Part shown: positions 61,279 to 64,000 of the stretch, piece after piece
How positions within the stretch are numbered: position 1 is the stretch's first letter
Layout of the letters: every line of letters starts with the position of its first letter
Made by a program: the position numbers and the translations under genes
Assembly: GCF_046119375.1 (NCBI RefSeq)
Contig: NW_027362762.1
Coordinates: 445,842,001-445,906,000 of the forward strand
Length of the DNA: 64,000 nt
Source: Phyllobates terribilis
Taxonomy: Eukaryota
Direction of reading: 5' to 3'
The notes under the pieces: generated by a model
Databases searched by the model: none
The model's input: the letters and a program-made list of their open reading frames with translations, nothing else
What the model was told of the DNA's origin: nothing

Positions 61279-62522
61279 TAATTATTCATCAGTGGTCATT
61301 TAGTGTCGCAGGTTGGTCAGTGTAAAAATGAACATTTAGAGACCCTTTAAATAGACAGATTTCTGTTGATAAAGTGCGGCAAATGTGGATATACGACTGC
61401 TCATTTAACGGCACTTTTAGAAGAGATAATGGAAACTGGATGGGGACAAATGATCATTAATATGAGAGCAGTGGAAGATGCATGGAAGATACTGTCTACA
61501 TGCAGAAATATGCTACCGGCAACAATTATTTTTCTGGCTGCATTAAAAATATTATTAGCTGACTACCTAACTGATTGCTGCCATGTTTACAGTGGTGAGA
61601 GATCAGACACTGAGTGTTTTTGCGAATACTTTTTTGGGCCATGTAAAAGAGCCTTTACAGTGAGGTTTTAATGAAAGAAAAAGTTCCCTTATGTTATTGG
61701 TGTTTGGGGGTTAGATTCTCTGTTAGTCCTCCTAGGAATTAGCCAAGTTGGATTTCACTGTCAAACTTTGTGCTAGCAGCTTTGTTTGGCAGAATTTACG
61801 AAGATTTGTGTTATTGACCACAATGATCTGGACTTCACTGCAGGGCTTTCAGGTTGAATCTGCAGAATATTTACTGTCTGGGATAGAGAGCTAAGTGGCT
61901 AACCAAACATATTAGTGAAAGAAGCAGTGAATCACTAGACGAAGGCAGAATCAGAACCGATTAAGGATACCTGGGTCAGAATCCAAGAGAGGCATACAGA
62001 GTATTTACACTAAGGAAGTCGAACCAGAATGGGCCGAGTCAAGTAACAGCCAGTTCAGAACACTGCTTAATAGCCCAGAATAGTGTACCAGGCATTAATC
62101 TTTAAAATACAATAAGTTCCAATGTGCTTAATGAACAAAAAAATTAAATAGCGCATGGGGATTGCTGATTGACTGCCCTTTGATTGGTTTCCTGACCAGT
62201 CCACCTAACTAGTCATTCAGTTTGAATCCTTCGATTGTCCAAAACAAGTGCCACTTAACCTGATTGGACGGCCGAGCGCACTGAATACATATCATTCAAC
62301 ATTTCTACTGGGTCCACAAAGACCTATGTAAGGACCCAAACCTTTGAAAAGAAGTATGAAAACATCTAGCTGTCAGGGTATTCAGAAATATGTCAGAGGA
62401 ATAATAATACAGAGTTTATCCAAAGTTGCAAATTCATGGGAACACAAATATTTACTATAACAAAAATGTAAAAATAAGCTGACAGGTGCACATTAAATAA
62501 TGTGACGCAATAATTACATTAA

Positions 62523-62950
62523 GTTGTCCACTACTAGGACAACCCCTTCTTGTTCTAAAGGTTTGACCCCGATAAAATAAAAATGCTTATACTCACCTCG
62601 CGGTCCCAGGGCTCTCGTGCGGTTGTTGTGACACGTGAGGTCGGTGCCCAATCAAAGCCGGCGGCACTCTCCCCGCCTTCGGACAAATCAAACATGAAGA
62701 GGAAGTCCGGACTGCGGCTACTCTCTGACTTCCTCTTCAGGTTCAATTCGGCAGAAGGCGGGGGGAGTGACTCCACCGCAGATTGGTTGCCAGGCTCGCG
62801 TGTCACAACAAGCGCGTGGGAACCCCAGGGAGAGCATGTGCCGACACCACATGACCGGCATCGGCACGGGAGGTGAATATAAGCTTTTTTATTTTATCGG
62901 GGTCAAGCGTGGGGTATGACAAGGAGTTATCCAAGTAGTAGACAACTTCT
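62523..62950. mobile_element. Kolobok/T2-type MITE
   Basis: GTTGTCCACTACT ... AGTAGTAGACAAC followed by TTAA; inverted ACCCCGATAAAATAAAAA arms. Confidence 0.65.
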
Positions 62951-63390
62951 TTAATATAACATCTTATTCTCAATGTACATGGAAATGAAATAATACCAGA
63001 GTTCTTAATTTATATGCTCTTTCATTTATAAATGTTCTGATATGAAGGCAATAAATATTTCTGGTTATTAAATGACTTGTTTTTATATTGATAACATCAA
63101 TTTGTCAAAAGTGCATTCCATAAATTTCTTTCAAAATTGAGTTCCAGAACAATATAAAAACAAATGTTCTCATGTAGAAATAAATATTTATACCTGCACA
63201 TATTTTAGCATGTGTCATCAGATTTTTTGTAAAGATTTTGCAATTAGAGAAATGGTGACATCAAAACTTTTTTCACAGCAAGGCCGTTTCACATTTCATT
63301 ATTGATCAGTATTTCAAGCCAAGTACTTCTAAGTAAAAAAAAGGAGTGGAAACCTAGAGAGAGAAAAACTATGAGTTAATATTCATACCA

Positions 63391-64000
63391 TCTCACTCTG
63401 GGTATGGGGCAGAGCTGTGGAGTCGGAGTCGTGGAGTCTGAGTCAGTGTCCATTTTGGTAGAGTCGGAGTCAGTATAAAATAGACAGACTCCAACTCCTA
63501 AAATATATAATAAATTGGGTGCAGTAGTTCAATACAGTTTGTGGGGAATATTTTTTTCATAAGAATTTGGGAAAGTTATGAAATGTCCTGTAAATGTCTG
63601 TCCTATTCCTGATCTAAGGAGCTAGACTTTTAGCTGAAATGAATCTGTGCTAGAGTAAATGTATCACTTAAACATGAGCCATGTATGAGGGAGTCAGAGT
63701 CGTGGAGTCAGAATCTGTGTCATGGAAATTGAGGAGTTGGTGCTTTGGCTTACCGACACCACAGCCCTGGTATGGAGAGAACCCAGCGTATAATGGCAGG
63801 AAAAGGGAAGGGTGTCTACAAGTAGGAAAAGGGGGAGTGGAGACCCCTAAACAGCTCAAACGACAAATCCTGTCTCCCCTATGAACTCTATATAGGTTCT
63901 GCACCTATTGCCGAGCAGGAAACCTGGCCCTAGCTAACCCTAAAGCTAGGCCCTAGGTAGGGAGGGGGAGTGGTGAGCAACAGTCAGCCTCACTGCAAAC
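63391..64000. mobile_element. LTR of the 44417 family, interrupted by the hAT MITE and running off the window end
   Basis: 63770-64000 is collinear with the start of 44417-45066 (GAGTGGAGACCCCTAAACAG, ATAGGTTCTGCACCTAT). Confidence 0.75.
63410..63769. mobile_element. hAT MITE with GGAGTC repeats
   Basis: TIR CAGAGCTGTGGAGTCGG / CCGACACCACAGCCCTG; 8-bp TSD GTATGGGG/GTATGGAG. Confidence 0.8.

Noticed and set aside
60688-61325. GC-rich ORF cluster suggesting a gene or CpG-island promoter
   Set aside because: It lies wholly inside a palindromic TA-flanked MITE; ORFs on the two strands mirror each other.

Overview
Eukaryotic, repeat-dense DNA, by its transposon families most likely a frog. It is almost entirely intronic sequence of the host gene BCAS3 (+ strand), and only one 134-nt coding exon (35619-35752) is recognisable. 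The rest is transposon-derived: six Tc1 elements (DD34E, one DD37E, one nearly intact DD38E), a very young Ty3/Gypsy chromovirus (15028-19980, - strand) with an apparent self-priming PBS, several solo LTRs, V-SINEs, L2, Rex1 and Penelope remnants with hammerhead-ribozyme motifs, and many PIF/Harbinger-, Kolobok-, hAT- and pogo-type MITEs. The most striking feature is a pol-less LTR retroelement (49398-53970; ~1.28-kb LTRs, tRNA-Ser PBS, PPT). Its internal ORF ends in a cold-shock (CspA/Y-box/Lin28-type) nucleic-acid-binding domain that the ORF track splits at a stop codon. It is nested in a solo LTR that sits on the catalytic Glu codon of a Tc1 transposase. All coordinates and alignments were read by eye, and reference sequences were recalled from memory.
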